From Octopus sinensis (taxonomy: Eukaryota): DNA of 64,000 nucleotides. Positions within the stretch are counted from its first letter, which is position 1; each line of letters opens with the position of its first letter. Of the stretch, positions 26,334-39,550 are shown piece after piece. Below the pieces are notes generated by a model, which saw nothing but the letters and a program-made list of their open reading frames with translations, was not told where the DNA came from and ran no database searches. The translations under genes and the position numbers were made by a program. The DNA is taken from positions 113,150,001 to 113,214,000 of the forward strand of contig NC_042999.1 of the NCBI RefSeq assembly GCF_006345805.1, written 5' to 3'.

Positions 26334-26364
<31 letters not shown>

Positions 26365-26374
26365 GGTGCTGCTG

Positions 26375-26405
<31 letters not shown>

Positions 26406-26458
26406 AACTACTACTACTAATACTACTACTGGTGATGATGATGATGATGATGATGATG

Positions 26459-26520
<62 letters not shown>
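26334..26520. repeat. Compound trinucleotide tract (ACT)n-(GAT)n-(AAT)n
   Basis: Directly visible; continuous with the tail of the adjacent SINE. Confidence 0.95.
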
Positions 26521-26521
<1 letters not shown>

Positions 26522-26745
26522 TCTACTAAAGGCACAAGTCCTGAAATATGAGGCGGCAGTGGAGTGGGGAGGACTAGTCGATTACATCAACCCCAGTGTT
26601 TCACTGGTACTAAATTTATCGACCCCGAAAGGATGAAAGGCAAAGTCGACTTCAGTCGAATTTGAACTCTGGATGTAAGGACTTATGATGAAATGCCGCT
26701 AAGCATTTTGTCCGGCGTGTAAACGATTTTGCCAGCTCACCGCCT
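26521..26745 (-). mobile_element. SINE family A, full length with (ATT)n tail
   Basis: rc GGCGGTGAGCTGGCAAAATCG...GAGTTCAAATTCG...GCCTTTCATCCTTTCGGGGTCGATAAA...TAGTAGAAAGTATTATT. Confidence 0.9.
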
Positions 26746-27615
26746 CAATAACAACATCAACAACAATGATAACAGCAACAACAACAACAATAAAAGTATT
26801 GAAATTCAGTGAGTGATTAGAAAAAAAATTTCAACCATTTAGAGCTAGAGTACTTGGATCCTCCTCCTTCTCCTCATTATCACCATCACCTCCTCACTAT
26901 CACCATCACCATCGCTTCCATTACCACTATCACCTCCACTTCCAAAACGACCTTCTCCACCACCACCGAAACCAAAACCATCAGCACCACCCACCGCACC
27001 ACCACCGTCGTAGTAGTCGAAGTCGTCATCATCATCATCATCATCATCATCACCACCACCACCACCACCACCACCACCACCACCACCACCACCATCATCA
27101 TTATCGTTTCATCATCATCAATATTATTGTTGAATTTTTTATATTTTTGCACTTGTTCATTTTTGGTGTTTTTAAACATCTCTTTTTAATCTCAGAATAT
27201 GGTAAAATGTAATATAATAAGTGTTGATTTTGAAGATCAAACGTTAAGCAAATTATTTCTTAAGCTTCTGTCCACAGGCAACAAGTATTACTTTGCATCT
27301 ATTGTTTGCCATTAGAACGCCAATAAATCTAACAGATCTTTGGACACACAAATGTCGATGCATTCTCTAAACTTATTGTAGTGTTGAAAAACTAGCAATC
27401 GCAAAGGATGAAGTCTTACAAATTTATGGCAATAAAAGACATGCTAGTGTCAGACTTTATGGAAAAAAAATTCCCCATACACGCATACTTATTAAGGAGT
27501 GCATGGTATCTATGCGTGTGTTTATGTTCTACGTATGTAAGTGTATATATGAAATTTTATGTGTGTGTGTTTGTGTGTGTGTGTATATATATATATATAC
27601 ATACATACACACACA

Positions 27616-27644
<29 letters not shown>

Positions 27645-27667
<23 letters not shown>

Positions 27668-27836
27668 GTGTGTGTGTGTGTGTGTGCGCGCTTGCGCGTA
27701 TGTGTATTAGTGTGTATTTATATTACTGTTATGTCGTTTGATTGTTTCCGTCTCATCTCCTTACATACTCTTCCTCTCTCCCACTCACACACATATACAT
27801 ACATATATGTATATATATTATATATATATATATACA

Positions 27837-27898
<62 letters not shown>

Positions 27899-28040
27899 TT
27901 GCGCGTATGTGTATTAGTGTGTATTTATATTACTGTTATGTCGTTTGATTGTTTCCGTCTCATCTCCTTACATACTCTTCCTCTCTCCCACTCACACACA
28001 TATACATACATATATGTATATATATTATATATATATATAT

Positions 28041-28060
<20 letters not shown>
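27645..28060. repeat. 207-bp tandem duplication bounded by (TA)n/(TG)n
   Basis: Identical unique core GCGCGCTTGCGCGTATG...CCCACTCACACAC near 27686 and 27893. Confidence 0.9.
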
Positions 28061-28084
<24 letters not shown>

Positions 28085-28269
28085 TATACATATACAGGCA
28101 TGTACAGATGCAGAGACAAACATTCATACGTACACATACATAAAAAACACTCGTATATACAGACAATTGCACATATGTGCAGAGAGACAAAGTGATACAC
28201 AAAGTGAAAGATATACTGATAAAGAGAGAGAGAGAGAGAAAGATGAAGTGAGAGACATTGAAAGAGTGA

Positions 28270-28320
<51 letters not shown>

Positions 28321-28546
28321 CTGAGAGGGAGGGGGAGAGAGAGGTGCCAAAAGAAAAAAAGAACAGAGACTACAAGTGTTGGGAAATAAATAATACATTA
28401 TTCATCTTTAAGTAGAATACCTTACGGGGAATCTTTCCGTTGAAAAGATGCTAACAATTATTTTCAGATTAAAGAATTATCACTGTTGTCTGTAACAGTA
28501 AATTAAATATTTAAGTACGTTTATTGAGTTTATTAAACATGTGTTC

Positions 28547-28601
<55 letters not shown>

Positions 28602-28952
28602 GTGCATATTATAGAAAATGATATAAATGGCTAAAAGCAGTCCTTGTAGTTCTTCTTTGGTTTTACTTCAATGAGTAGATTAAATATTTTGAGTTACATT
28701 TTGTTTGGCATCAATATCACCTAGAAGTGCATCTTCGGGAATTATTATACATATTTTTATAGTACATTATCTTTTTTAAAAAAAAGATGATTGTGGAACG
28801 GACAAATGATGCCAATCTTTCATATTTTTGTGAGGAACGCTAATAAGAGCTATATCGAAATATGGCATATAATTAACAAAAGAATGGTGAATCTTCAGTC
28901 GAACTCTATACCTGATGATTTCCTAATTTATATTGTATATTGACATATTATT

Positions 28953-29023
28953 ACACTGTGGTCGATGTAATCGACTAGTCCCCTTCCCCCAAATGTCAAG
29001 GCCTTGCGCCTTCAGTAGAAAGG
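28953..29023 (+). mobile_element. SINE family A 3' fragment
   Basis: GGTCGATGTAATCGACTAGTCCCC...GGCCTTGCGCCTTCAGTAGAAAGG followed by (ATT)n. Confidence 0.8.
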
Positions 29024-29066
29024 ATTATTATTATTATTATCATTATTATTATTATTATTATTATTA

Positions 29067-29142
<76 letters not shown>

Positions 29143-29146
29143 CATT
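29024..29146. repeat. (ATT)n shared by the converging SINE and LINE tails
   Basis: Directly visible. Confidence 0.95.
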
Positions 29147-32080
29147 GTCTTTGCACAGCTTTTATCGCTGGAGATGTACTACGGTGCCAGCTGTTCACTA
29201 CCAGTGAACTATGGTAACACCCCTTATTTTTCGAGCGCCATCCAGAGTATTCGAGCGTTTCCAAGCAGTGCTGTTTTCTGCAAGTGCTCACCCTTATTGC
29301 AGCCCCTATTTGTTTCATGTACTTCTCAAGACTTTCACCCACTGTTCCCAGGGCTCCGACAATTATTGGTACTACTACCACCTTTTTCATCGACCACAAC
29401 TGCTTAACCTTCCAAGCTAGCCTGTCATATCTATATACTCTTCTGTGTTCCTTATCGCATACCTTGTCAGCTGGGCATGCTATATCTATGATCCAGCATC
29501 GTTTGCTTTCTTTCTCAATTAACACTACACCTGGCTTCCTATTCTCTATCACATGGTCGCACTGAATCATAAAATCCCATAGGATCTTTGCATTTCTATT
29601 TCCGATGATGTCTTCAGGTTTATGTTCGTACCACTCTTTTGCTCTGTCAAGTCTATACTTGTTGCAAAGTGTCCAATGGACAATTCTTGCTATATTGTCA
29701 TAACATCTCATTCTTTCTGGGCTAGTGGCGTACATTGACTGGTAATATGCCATATGGTTTCCCCATTTTGTCTACAAATTCTGCACTTATCACTTTCTGA
29801 TGTGTTGTCTATTCTGTAATTGATGTAATTCGTTCTTAGTGCTTGCTCTTGGGCAGCGCAGATTAGAGCCTCCATTTCCGGTTTTAAATCACTTTTAGTC
29901 ATCCATAGGCATTTTCCCCCTGTCTGTCTTATCTTCAACATCCCATGAAATTGTACATGGATTCTTTTCTTTATCCACCTATTTTCAGTTTCATTCATTC
30001 TCAAGTGCTTGTACAGTACTTTAATTTTGGAATAATCCATCCTACACAAGCCCGACCTTCTTACTTCCAATAACAGCGGTTCTGTGGCATTTTACATACC
30101 ATGCTATGTTGTTTTCTTCTGCTCTAATGCTGTGTTCGCATCCAATCAGTCCTCTTCCTCTTTTTCTTGGTACATACAGTCTTTGTCACTTTTTGAGTGG
30201 AATATCCCATATCTAGTCAGCAACTCCCTTGTATTTCTGTTTGAGCTCTTTAGTTCATCTATGGTCCATGCGATTACCCCTGCTCCATATCTAAAGAATG
30301 GAACCGCACAGGTGTTGATAGCTTCAATCTTATTCCGTCCATTCAATTTCGATTTAAGTATCGGTCGCAGTTTGCGCCAGTACTCCACGTTAAATTATTC
30401 TGTCATTTCATTCTCCATGAGTTTATCCATTTCCAATATCCCCCAGCTCGTCTCTTCTATCTGCTTCATAACCTCCCTCGACGGTATCGCTAACCCGTCC
30501 TTGCATTCAAAACTAACACACCACACTTTCTCAGTCCAAACTCCACTCTAATATCAGCACTGAAAGTATACACCGTATCAACGAGAGAACTGACTTCGAA
30601 TTCATCATTACCATAAAGTTTGCGGTCATCCATGAATAACAAGTGGTTGGTTTTTTTTTGTTGGCAGCTTTTGAATACATACCTTCTTTTATATGCTGTC
30701 AGTTCCGTCCTCCACTTCGCCATACTTTTCCAAGCAATCACTCAACATTCGATGCAATACCAAAAAGGTTCATATATTCCATAATCAAAGAATGTGGGAT
30801 CATATCGTACGCCTTACGGTAATCGATGCATGACATGGCTAAGTTAGTTTTCCTCCTCTTGCAGTCTATAAGTACAGTTTTGTCTACCAGGAGTTGATCC
30901 TTGGTACCTCTGCACTTACGCTTGCAACCCTTCTACTCATATGGTAGGACTCCATATATTTTCCAGTTGTCCGTACACTGACTCTGAGACTATTCCAGTC
31001 AATAATTTTCACATAAGTGGCAAGCAGGATATCGGCTTGTAATTGTCTACCATATTGTCCTTTTCGATGCTTTTCAAGCACACCACTGTCCTACCTATTG
31101 TCAACCAGTCTGGTGTTACTTGATCGGCATTTAACAAAGTGTTGAGTTGTGCAGCTATTCGTGCATGACATTCACCAAATCTTTTGATCCAGTAGCCTTG
31201 AACTCCATCTGGTCCCGGGGCCTTTCAGTTGCCCATTTTTTTGCTGATTTCCTTCACTTCCTTATCTGAAATGACTAGTTCTGCCTGTTTTGGACAGACT
31301 ATTGTTTGTTTCAGTTCTTGCAACCATTCAGCATCCTTCTTGTTCTCCTTGTCTTTGCTCCAGATATCACTCCAAAACCTTTGACTTTCAAAGTTATCTG
31401 ATATCAACTTTTCATCTGTACACTCTCCATCTATTTCTTTGTAGAATCCCTTCTGATCTACCTATTCTGGTGGTAACCCTTCCTTCTTTGGTCGTATTTT
31501 ACCATCTTTGCTTTCTTTGTAATGAGACGCTGTTTCAGTCCCTCCATTACCACTTTCAGGTCCTTTCTTTCAATATTATACTTCTTATTCACTGCCCTGT
31601 ATTTTCGCTCGCTTTTAAGCTCCCCCTTTTCTTTTCGGTCTAACACAGAAATGTCCTTCGAGAGCATATCTAACCCCCGCCTGTGTTCTTTTCCACCATG
31701 GATCTTTCTTGTTCTTGACATCAATATCAACATTTTCTACTACAACAATACTTGCTGCCTTGATCAAATTATTTGTTTCTGTGATGTTTTTTGTTCTGAT
31801 GTATTTCAGAATTTCATTCACATTTTTCGTTTCTTGGTTCAGTTTCCACCGACCAACCTTTTTAATGTTGCAAATAATGTCACTATCGTTCTCCTGTAAG
31901 CTTGCTTTTATTCTGTCGTAGATTGCTTTTGCCCATCTGTCATGTCACCATTAGTTTTATTGTCTTCTTTGAAACCATCTCTTATCGAGCAAGCTATCAC
32001 TGTTCCTTTCCTGTGGTTTGTTAGAAATTTCCCATCTGTTTTCTGCTGTGAGATTACTTTTATCAGTAAGAACTGTATTT
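29147..32080 (-). mobile_element. R4/Dong-clade non-LTR retrotransposon (RT, CCHC, RLE endonuclease), decayed
   Basis: [77 protein letters not shown]; (TAA)n tail. Confidence 0.92.
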
Positions 32081-32085
32081 TCATC

Positions 32086-32495
32086 ATGATTTTTCTTGGA
32101 TGACTTTTGCTACTGTCACTGTCTCGTAGTGCCTTAGAGCAGTGCCGATCACCTCGATGTGCCAGATGACCGATACTATGACAGTGATGGCATCTGCATA
32201 TACCGACAAAGTTCTTACACATCCTACCACACCTAGATTGGGTGGGATGCTGCTAAAAATCCATAGTTTCTGAAGAAGTATTTGAAGAGTCCGTACATAC
32301 GGAGGAAACAAGAAGAGACAACCTTGACGGACGGTGGCTCCGAGAGGTGACCATTCACTCTAACTACCAAATAGATGTTGCTATATATAGCAGTAATCTA
32401 ACCGTGTAAGACGGCACTAGAACATCCGTCATGTGTTATTGATCAACCCTATCAAAAGCTTTTGATTGATCCAAATTGATCAGTGTCCCACCCAT
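32086..32495 (-). pseudogene. Tx1/L1-clade RT fragment
   Basis: GGTLINLDQSKAFDRVD, VRQGC, SVYADAITVIVS, YETVTVAKVIQEKS. Confidence 0.8.
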
Positions 32496-34803
32496 ATGTG
32501 GACGACCGGTCGGGGGTGGGAGGACAGGTACGTCTATGATAACTGTTGCACCTCTGACGGTTTTGGACGACTATGAAAGATAGCGCGAACGAAGTCACCA
32601 GTTGCCATATTGCCGCTGACCCGAAGCTTCACGGCTACCTCTGCTTGCTGGCGTTTTGTCTGTCTATGCCAGGTCACCGTTCTACCGCAGCCGACATAGC
32701 GCTCTTCTCTCCGGGAAGCTCCCCAGCGGATCACCGACGGTCATGATCTCTCATGCAAGCTTGTCTATGTGTGTCTGTGCATATGTTTATGTAAGGATAT
32801 GTGTGAGTCTGTGAGTGTACCTACGAAGCCTGTCTAGGTCGACCGTACAAATCAAAAATTTGTTCTCTGTGTCGCTTACGATTTTAAAATGCGGACGACC
32901 TATACTCTTCTTATCTACTGGCCTAGATACGATTTAAATGATCTGAAGCGGTTTAGCCATGTCTACACTGACACATTCGGAAAATCCACTCGGTATATGA
33001 CAGTTCGAATAGTTTAAGCAGGCTTGTGAGTTTTTTGAAATTTACTTTCCTTTTAATTATCTGCTACAAAATCCGAACGAGCATCCTAGATGGTGTTACA
33101 GTCACCCCTTACCAGAAAAGAAAAGGAGATTCCAAGAAAATTTGCAGGTGCCTGAAAAAAATCCAGCTGTTACACCCCTGACGGAGAACATACAACTACT
33201 AATCTGAAAGCACTCCACTGGACGCGGTTCACACCCAGAAGTACTAACTTACCTTTTGGGTCCGAGATGATGGCCCATGCCGTGGGATCCAGATCATTCC
33301 AAAACAATTACAACAGCTTTGCCTCCTAATGTCGGTCGACTTGGTGAGATCCTGTATGTACTGAAAATGAGCATGAAGTTTTGTAGATCGGACCTGGTTT
33401 TGCTGTTGGCCATCTAGTGACCTGAGATCGTTGAATGGGTGGCCCTGCTGCCAAGGTGACCCTAGGCAACGTGTATTTACTCTGCTTATTCTGAATACAT
33501 CCACGATAGACAAGGAAAAGGAAAGTGAGAAAGATCACCCATCTTATTTCTGTGGAAGGACAGAAATCTTAGCGGCTATTTGTGGGTGCGTCTACAAGGA
33601 GTTATTTATGTTCCCTCGGAAATCTCCCATTCCCTTAGAGTAAATTTTTTTCAATTTGCCTAATTTAAAAAAAATTTATTTTAGTATGAGTTGGAATGTT
33701 ATGTTTTGGTGTGATGTAGTCATGATTCCTATTTCTGTGTTAATGTATACCTTTCATTAAGACCTTTGTTCTGTTTGTGGCAGTGTAGCTGATTATTTTT
33801 GTTTCATCGCTTTGAAGGTACTTGATCGCATTGAGGGTATTTGATCGCTTTCAGGGTGAGGAATGGGTTGTGTTTTTCATGATCAAGTCAAGAACGACAA
33901 CCATTCCATCCCTGTGCCTGAATTTTTACTTTTCTTGTCTGTGGACTTGCTGAATACTTGTTTTATTTTGTTATGCCATACATTACGGTCGTCACAAGCA
34001 AGGAGATATCTAGTTCTGGGGTACATCAGCCATCCCTATTTTTACTATTACCCGACAAAAGTTATGTTAGAATCAGGAGCAGTTTGGCACTTTTTAATGT
34101 CCAATTTTCCAGCGCTTCTTCTTCGGTTTGAAACCAAACTTAAACTGTGTCAATATATTTCTATGATCCAAATTAATTTAAGAAGATACAATCTGGTTTT
34201 CTATCGCTCTCTCTAGTCGTTTAGTTTTGAGTCCAGTATATTTGTATATAACTGTTTTTGTTTTTGTTACCTATTGAATTTGAATGTGTTGCTGTTTAGA
34301 TATATTGTTCAGCCATTTTTAGTGAGATGCGTTTTTGCATTTGTTAGTTCTCCTGATAAAGAAATCCGCCTCTAGGTTTCGGCATACATTTGTGAATACA
34401 TTTCTACTTTAGAAGTTTCAGTGTTTACCGTTTATATTGTATGGAACTCAGTGCTGATGGTAACAGTTGTATTTGTTTCACTGTTCTATTTATCTTGCTT
34501 GTCATTGGTGTGTTTTTCCTTGCTAGTATCTGTAGTGGCGTGAGGTGTGGTAGTAGAATTGCTTTCCAGTTTCTGATCATTTGTACTATTTTTGGCGATG
34601 CTGTTCTTGTGTTTTATGCATCTTCGTAATGAGTCCTCGAAGAACCACCTCCTCCCTCAATTTGAGGTTCCATATTGTATTTTTAAAATATGTGTATTTT
34701 GAATATGTACATTCAGATCTTTACATCATTTGAATTCAGCCTCATGAGAGCACTCTTTTCAACTTTGCGTGTGAGTGTGTGTGTCTTTGTGTGAGTATGT
34801 GTG

Positions 34804-34840
<37 letters not shown>

Positions 34841-34878
34841 TGATCAAAATAAAATAAAAACATGATGCGAAGGATTCA

Positions 34879-34956
34879 GCGGTACATATGTTTCGGGCCT
34901 TTATTAGACAGATTTATAACAATGCATAATGTATGTCTGTGGCCTTCTTCAGCCGC
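34879..34956 (-). ncRNA. Type I hammerhead motif (left arm)
   Basis: Reverse complement of 37490-37567. Confidence 0.8.
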
Positions 34957-35355
34957 GCACAACAGCTTCCACAAGGACATGTGTTACATCAAAAATTCTT
35001 GGTTGGGGATGCAAATCCTCTCATTCGCGTACGACATAATGCGGCAGCAGCATAGAATTGAAGCGTCCATCTCTTTCTTCTCTCAATGTAGAATGAGGAA
35101 AATTGGATGTTGAGGTAATGTAAATAAATAAATACATATATAGAGGTGAAGATGGAGGGGCGAGAATTCGGGACGAGGGATAAAAAATGTATGAAAAGTG
35201 TAAGTATAGAAAAATATAAAAATGTAGAGCATAAAGATATAAAGAGTTATATGGAGATGTAAAGGGGGTATAAAGGATATAAAGGAATATAAAGAAATAT
35301 AAATAAATGTAAAGGCATAAGGTTATAAAGTAAAAATAGAAATAGAAATAAAAGA

Positions 35356-35580
35356 ATTTGGGAATTAAAAGACAAATGCATAGGCTTCAAACTCAGATGG
35401 TCCATCATCGGATCAGCTGCACCTTATTTAAATAATAGAGCAGGATGCCAACTATGTTGTGTAGAACTCCTGAACATCTTGAAATTCAAAGACAAACACA
35501 ATCTTATTAACAAAAGGTCAGAGTTCAAACCATCCTGTATACATAAGCTTATTAATACTTTCAAATACCACAAAGCTTAG
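35356..35580 (+). pseudogene. C-terminus of PLE GIY-YIG endonuclease (open, 74 aa, no start)
   Basis: IWELKDKCIGFKLRWSIIGSAAPYLNNRAGCQLCCVELLNILKFKDKHNLINKRSEFKPSCIHK...*; absent from the ORF track. Confidence 0.85.
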
Positions 35581-37489
35581 GTCTTATACCAACTCCCCCA
35601 TGCAATTTCCTCCCACCCGGTGCAACCTGTCGGCTCCAGCACATCCCGCTTTCCTATATGTGCGTGTATATGTGTATGTGTGTGTGTGTGTATGTGTATG
35701 TATGTGCACATGCGTGTACGTATGTGTACACATATATATATATATATACATGTGCGTATGTGTGTGTGTGTGTGTGTGTATGTGCATATACGGTTCCCTG
35801 CATTTTCCTCCTATATATACAAATTTTGTCTCCCATATATGACTTCTTTTCCCTAAATATTTCTTCTCCTACACCCATATCCTCCCTATATAGCCTCTTT
35901 AATTCCCTATATCTATACCCTTTCACATTTCTAACTCGGATGTTGAACGCACACCGCCAAACTCCACTTCCCACCCTTCCAATTTTCAGTTCCCCCCGCC
36001 CGCCCCTACGTTTAACACACACCTCTAACTTTCAACCACCTTCATCTCATGTTAAACTTTACCAAATTATATTTTTATCTTATTTTATTTTATTTTTATT
36101 TCTATTTTTACTTTTATTTTTACTTTTATCCTACTTCCATTTATTTTAATTTTTACTTTTATTCTACTTCCATTTATTCTCATTTTTATTTTCATCCCTT
36201 ACCTTAACTCTTATCATTTTTATAATTCTTATATTTCATTTCTAACTATTACATTGTATTTCTTATTTTATACTGTATTTTTTATTTCTAATTTTTACCC
36301 TTACCCTCATTCTTACCCCTAACTTACCGCTTTACACCTCTATATATGTTTATTTACTTACCTATGGATCCACTTTTTGACTATACGAGCGTCCGCGTAC
36401 GTGTGTATACGCATACATACATATGCACGCGCATATATGTACATGCATACTTCGATATCTTATAGCTATACGCATATGCGCGTGTGTCTCTGTGTGTGTG
36501 TGTGAGTGTATATGTGCACGCACATACGGACACACAGCCGTGTGTGCGTGCACGTATAGACATGAGTACGTGATTTTTTACATACGTTCTTATATACATC
36601 CTTTAATATCTTATACCTAGACCTAGAGGCGTGGGCATATACGTGTGTGTATGTAGGGATGGGCGCGCGTATGTACATGCGAGTGTGTACGCGTATAGTG
36701 TCCGTGTATACATGCGGATATTCTGTTGTATGTATGTATGTGTGCGCGCGTGCGTGTGGGTGCGTGTGTGTTTATGTACATGTTTACACGCGAGTGCGTG
36801 TGTATGCTTATAGGCTTGGAGGTGCATATGTACGCGTGTATGTGGGTGTATGTATCCATGATGATATGTATGTACTAGAAGTCCATTTAATTCAAGGAAC
36901 CAGATTAAATGCTCATCAGCTCTGATTTACAACACATTAGGTCCCCAGACGAAACTGTTGATTTACTGACAATTCTACAACTAAATTTTATCAATCTCCT
37001 GACCACCATGCTTGGTCCGGAACCTCTATACATCCCTTATCTTTACATTCTTTTACACTTTTATCATGTTTTTATCATGTTTTTTTACTTTAAAAAAATT
37101 TTTTTTTTTACTTTTATTTCTATTTTTACTTTATAACCTTATGCCTTTACATTTATTTATATTTCTTTATATTCCTTTATATCCTTTATACCCCCTTTAC
37201 ATCTCCTTATAACTCTTTATACATTTTTATATTTTTCTATACTTACACTTTTTATACATTTTTTATCCCTCGTCCCGAATTCTCGCCCCTCCATCTTCAC
37301 CTCTATATATGTATTTATTTATTTACATTACCTCAACATCCAATTTTCCTCATTCTACATTGAGAGAAGAAAGAGATGGACGCTTCAATTCTATGCTGCT
37401 GCCGCATTATGTCGTACGCGAATGAGAGGATTTGCATCCCCAACCAAGAATTTTTGATGTAACACATGTCCTTGTGGAAGCTGTTGTGC

Positions 37490-37567
37490 GCGGCTGAAGA
37501 AGGCCACAGACATACATTATGCATTGTTATAAATCTGTCTAATAAAGGCCCGAAACATATGTACCGC
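37490..37567 (+). ncRNA. Type I hammerhead motif (right arm)
   Basis: GCGG-CTGAAGA-AGGCC..GGCCC-GAAA-C ATAT G-TA-CCGC; extended stem II with ACAGA/TCTGT. Confidence 0.8.
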
Positions 37568-37747
37568 TGAATCCTTCGCATCATGTTTTTATTTTATTTT
37601 GATCAATTTACTCCACCACCTACACCACCAAACGGTATACACAGGTGCTTATAATTATCAAGTACTCACCCCGAATTTCTATATATATATATATATATGT
37701 ATGCATATGTGTATATGTACATGTATGTATATATTATGTATATATAT

Positions 37748-37810
<63 letters not shown>

Positions 37811-37847
37811 ATGTGTACGTGTACACATGCGTGCGCGCACACACACA

Positions 37848-37994
37848 GAGGCAATCAGCCCACGAGACAAACTTTACGTCATTATGATGACGTCAACATC
37901 CATTAGAATTTCATTATAGACATCTTGCGAAAATAAGAGAAGCACTGGACCGTTCAAGCACAAACAAAAATTATCAACAGTGTGGATTTTAACA
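37848..37994 (+). repeat. About 150-bp dispersed repeat, second copy at 48217-48370
   Basis: GAGGCAATCAGCC...AAACTTTACGTCA...GGACCGTTCAAGCACAAAC...GTGGATTTTAACA present in both. Confidence 0.8.
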
Positions 37995-38493
37995 ACGAAT
38001 GAAAACATCATGAAAATTCATGAACTGATCTTGTAGGACTGTCACCGAACATCTGACGGACTTGTTGATATGGCTGGTGTGTCCTGGAGCTCCTGCCAAC
38101 GAATTTTGAACGAAGAACTGTGAATGAAAAGAGTTGCAGCAAAATTTGTGCCTCGCTTACTCATGGAAGATCAAAAGCAATCACGACTGAAAGCGTGTCG
38201 TGAACTGAAAGAACAGTTGGAATTTGATCCGGATCTATTTTCGAAGGTCATCACTAGTGACGAAAGCTGGTGCTACGGAATTTGCAGATGTAGAAGTGAA
38301 GAAAAAAAAAAAAAAGACGGAGGCGTGAAAAGGCATCACTTCGCAAGAGTTCCAGCATTGCTTCGAATAATGGAAAATGTGGATGGACCGCTGCATTGCT
38401 TCAAATACCTTGAAGGTGATAAAAGTGTAAGCATGTAAAACTAATTGAATAAAATAATATTGCAAAATTCCGGTTTCTTTTGAGTACCTCCTC

Positions 38494-38494
<1 letters not shown>
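37995..38494 (+). mobile_element. Mariner relic, deleted, with right TIR
   Basis: MKRVAAKFVPRLL...FSKVITSDESWCYG; ends TTCCGGTTTCTTTTGAGTACCTCCTCG then TA. Confidence 0.85.
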
Positions 38495-38570
<76 letters not shown>

Positions 38571-39022
38571 TATAAGCTCCTCTTATGGACACGGCTAACA
38601 GTCTACATTGTAAACAATTACAAAGAAATGTAACGTAGAATGACCAATTCCTTAAATTTTTATGTAATATTTTAGCTTAATTGATATGAAGCAATATATA
38701 TCTTTTTATTGACCAAATCAACCAAATGTTGTCCAGTTTCAACTTTCCGTGCTTTGTGTATATAAAGAGGAAAATTTGTGTGTATATGTAACTATGATGT
38801 GCCATGCATTAATTTGTGAAAATGCAATTGTATTGCATAATGTTGAGCATATATATTGATGTAAATATGTATGCATAATTTCGTTCGAACTGAAATTAAT
38901 ACTGAGTGAAGACGGCTTCAAAACGGCCGCAACCCTATGGAAGTCACATGGTGAAATAAATATACATTCACCTCATACATCTCCTGAATTTATAGTTTTA
39001 TGTGCAATGTGCACTTACGCGT

Positions 39023-39444
39023 GTGTAGAAGTGGGTGTGTGGTAAAAAGATTGCTTCCCAACCACACGGTTCCGGGTTCAGCCCCACTGCGTGGCACCTT
39101 GGGCTCGTGTCTTTTGCTATAGTCTCGGGTCGACCAAACTGCGTAGATTTGGTAGATAGAAACTGAAAGAACCGTCGTATATATATTATATATATATATA
39201 TAATATATATATATATATTATATACTTTATTGTGTCTTTGTGTTTGTCCACCCATCACCGCTTGACAATCGGTGTTGGTGTATTTACGTTCCCGTAACTT
39301 AGCGGGTTGGCAAAAGAAACCGCTAGAATAAATACTAGGCTTTAAAAAAATCCTAGGGTTGATTTCTTCGTCTAAAACCCTTCAAGTTGGTGCTCTAGCA
39401 TGGCCGCAGTCAAATGGCTGAAACAAGTAAAAGAATAAAAGAAT
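39023..39444 (+). mobile_element. SINE family D, full length with internal microsatellite
   Basis: tRNA-like head TGTGTGGTAAAAAG...GGTTCAGCCCC, internal (TA)n, tail GAAACAAGTAAAAGAATAAAAGAATA. Confidence 0.88.
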
Positions 39445-39515
39445 ATGTGCGCGTGAGTGTGTGTATATACATATTTACGTACATACATACATACATACAT
39501 ACATACATGCATACA

Positions 39516-39550
<35 letters not shown>

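Larger units (their letters stand above)
34837..37680 (+). mobile_element. 5'-truncated Neptune-type PLE with inverted pseudo-LTR, in (TA)n
   Basis: About 500-bp near-identical inverted arms 34837-35355 / 37111-37609, 70-nt right extension, (TA)n flanks, GIY-YIG C-terminus, about 2.1 kb 3' UTR. Confidence 0.9.

Noticed and set aside
33250-34700. Decayed LINE endonuclease region or minus-strand exon
   Set aside because: Only vague motif resemblance (SLDGQQQNQV); not supportable without an alignment.
34862-35113. 83-aa ORF duplicated at 37333-37584
   Set aside because: The identity is due to the inverted repeat; it is antisense to the ribozyme strand and has no recognisable domain.
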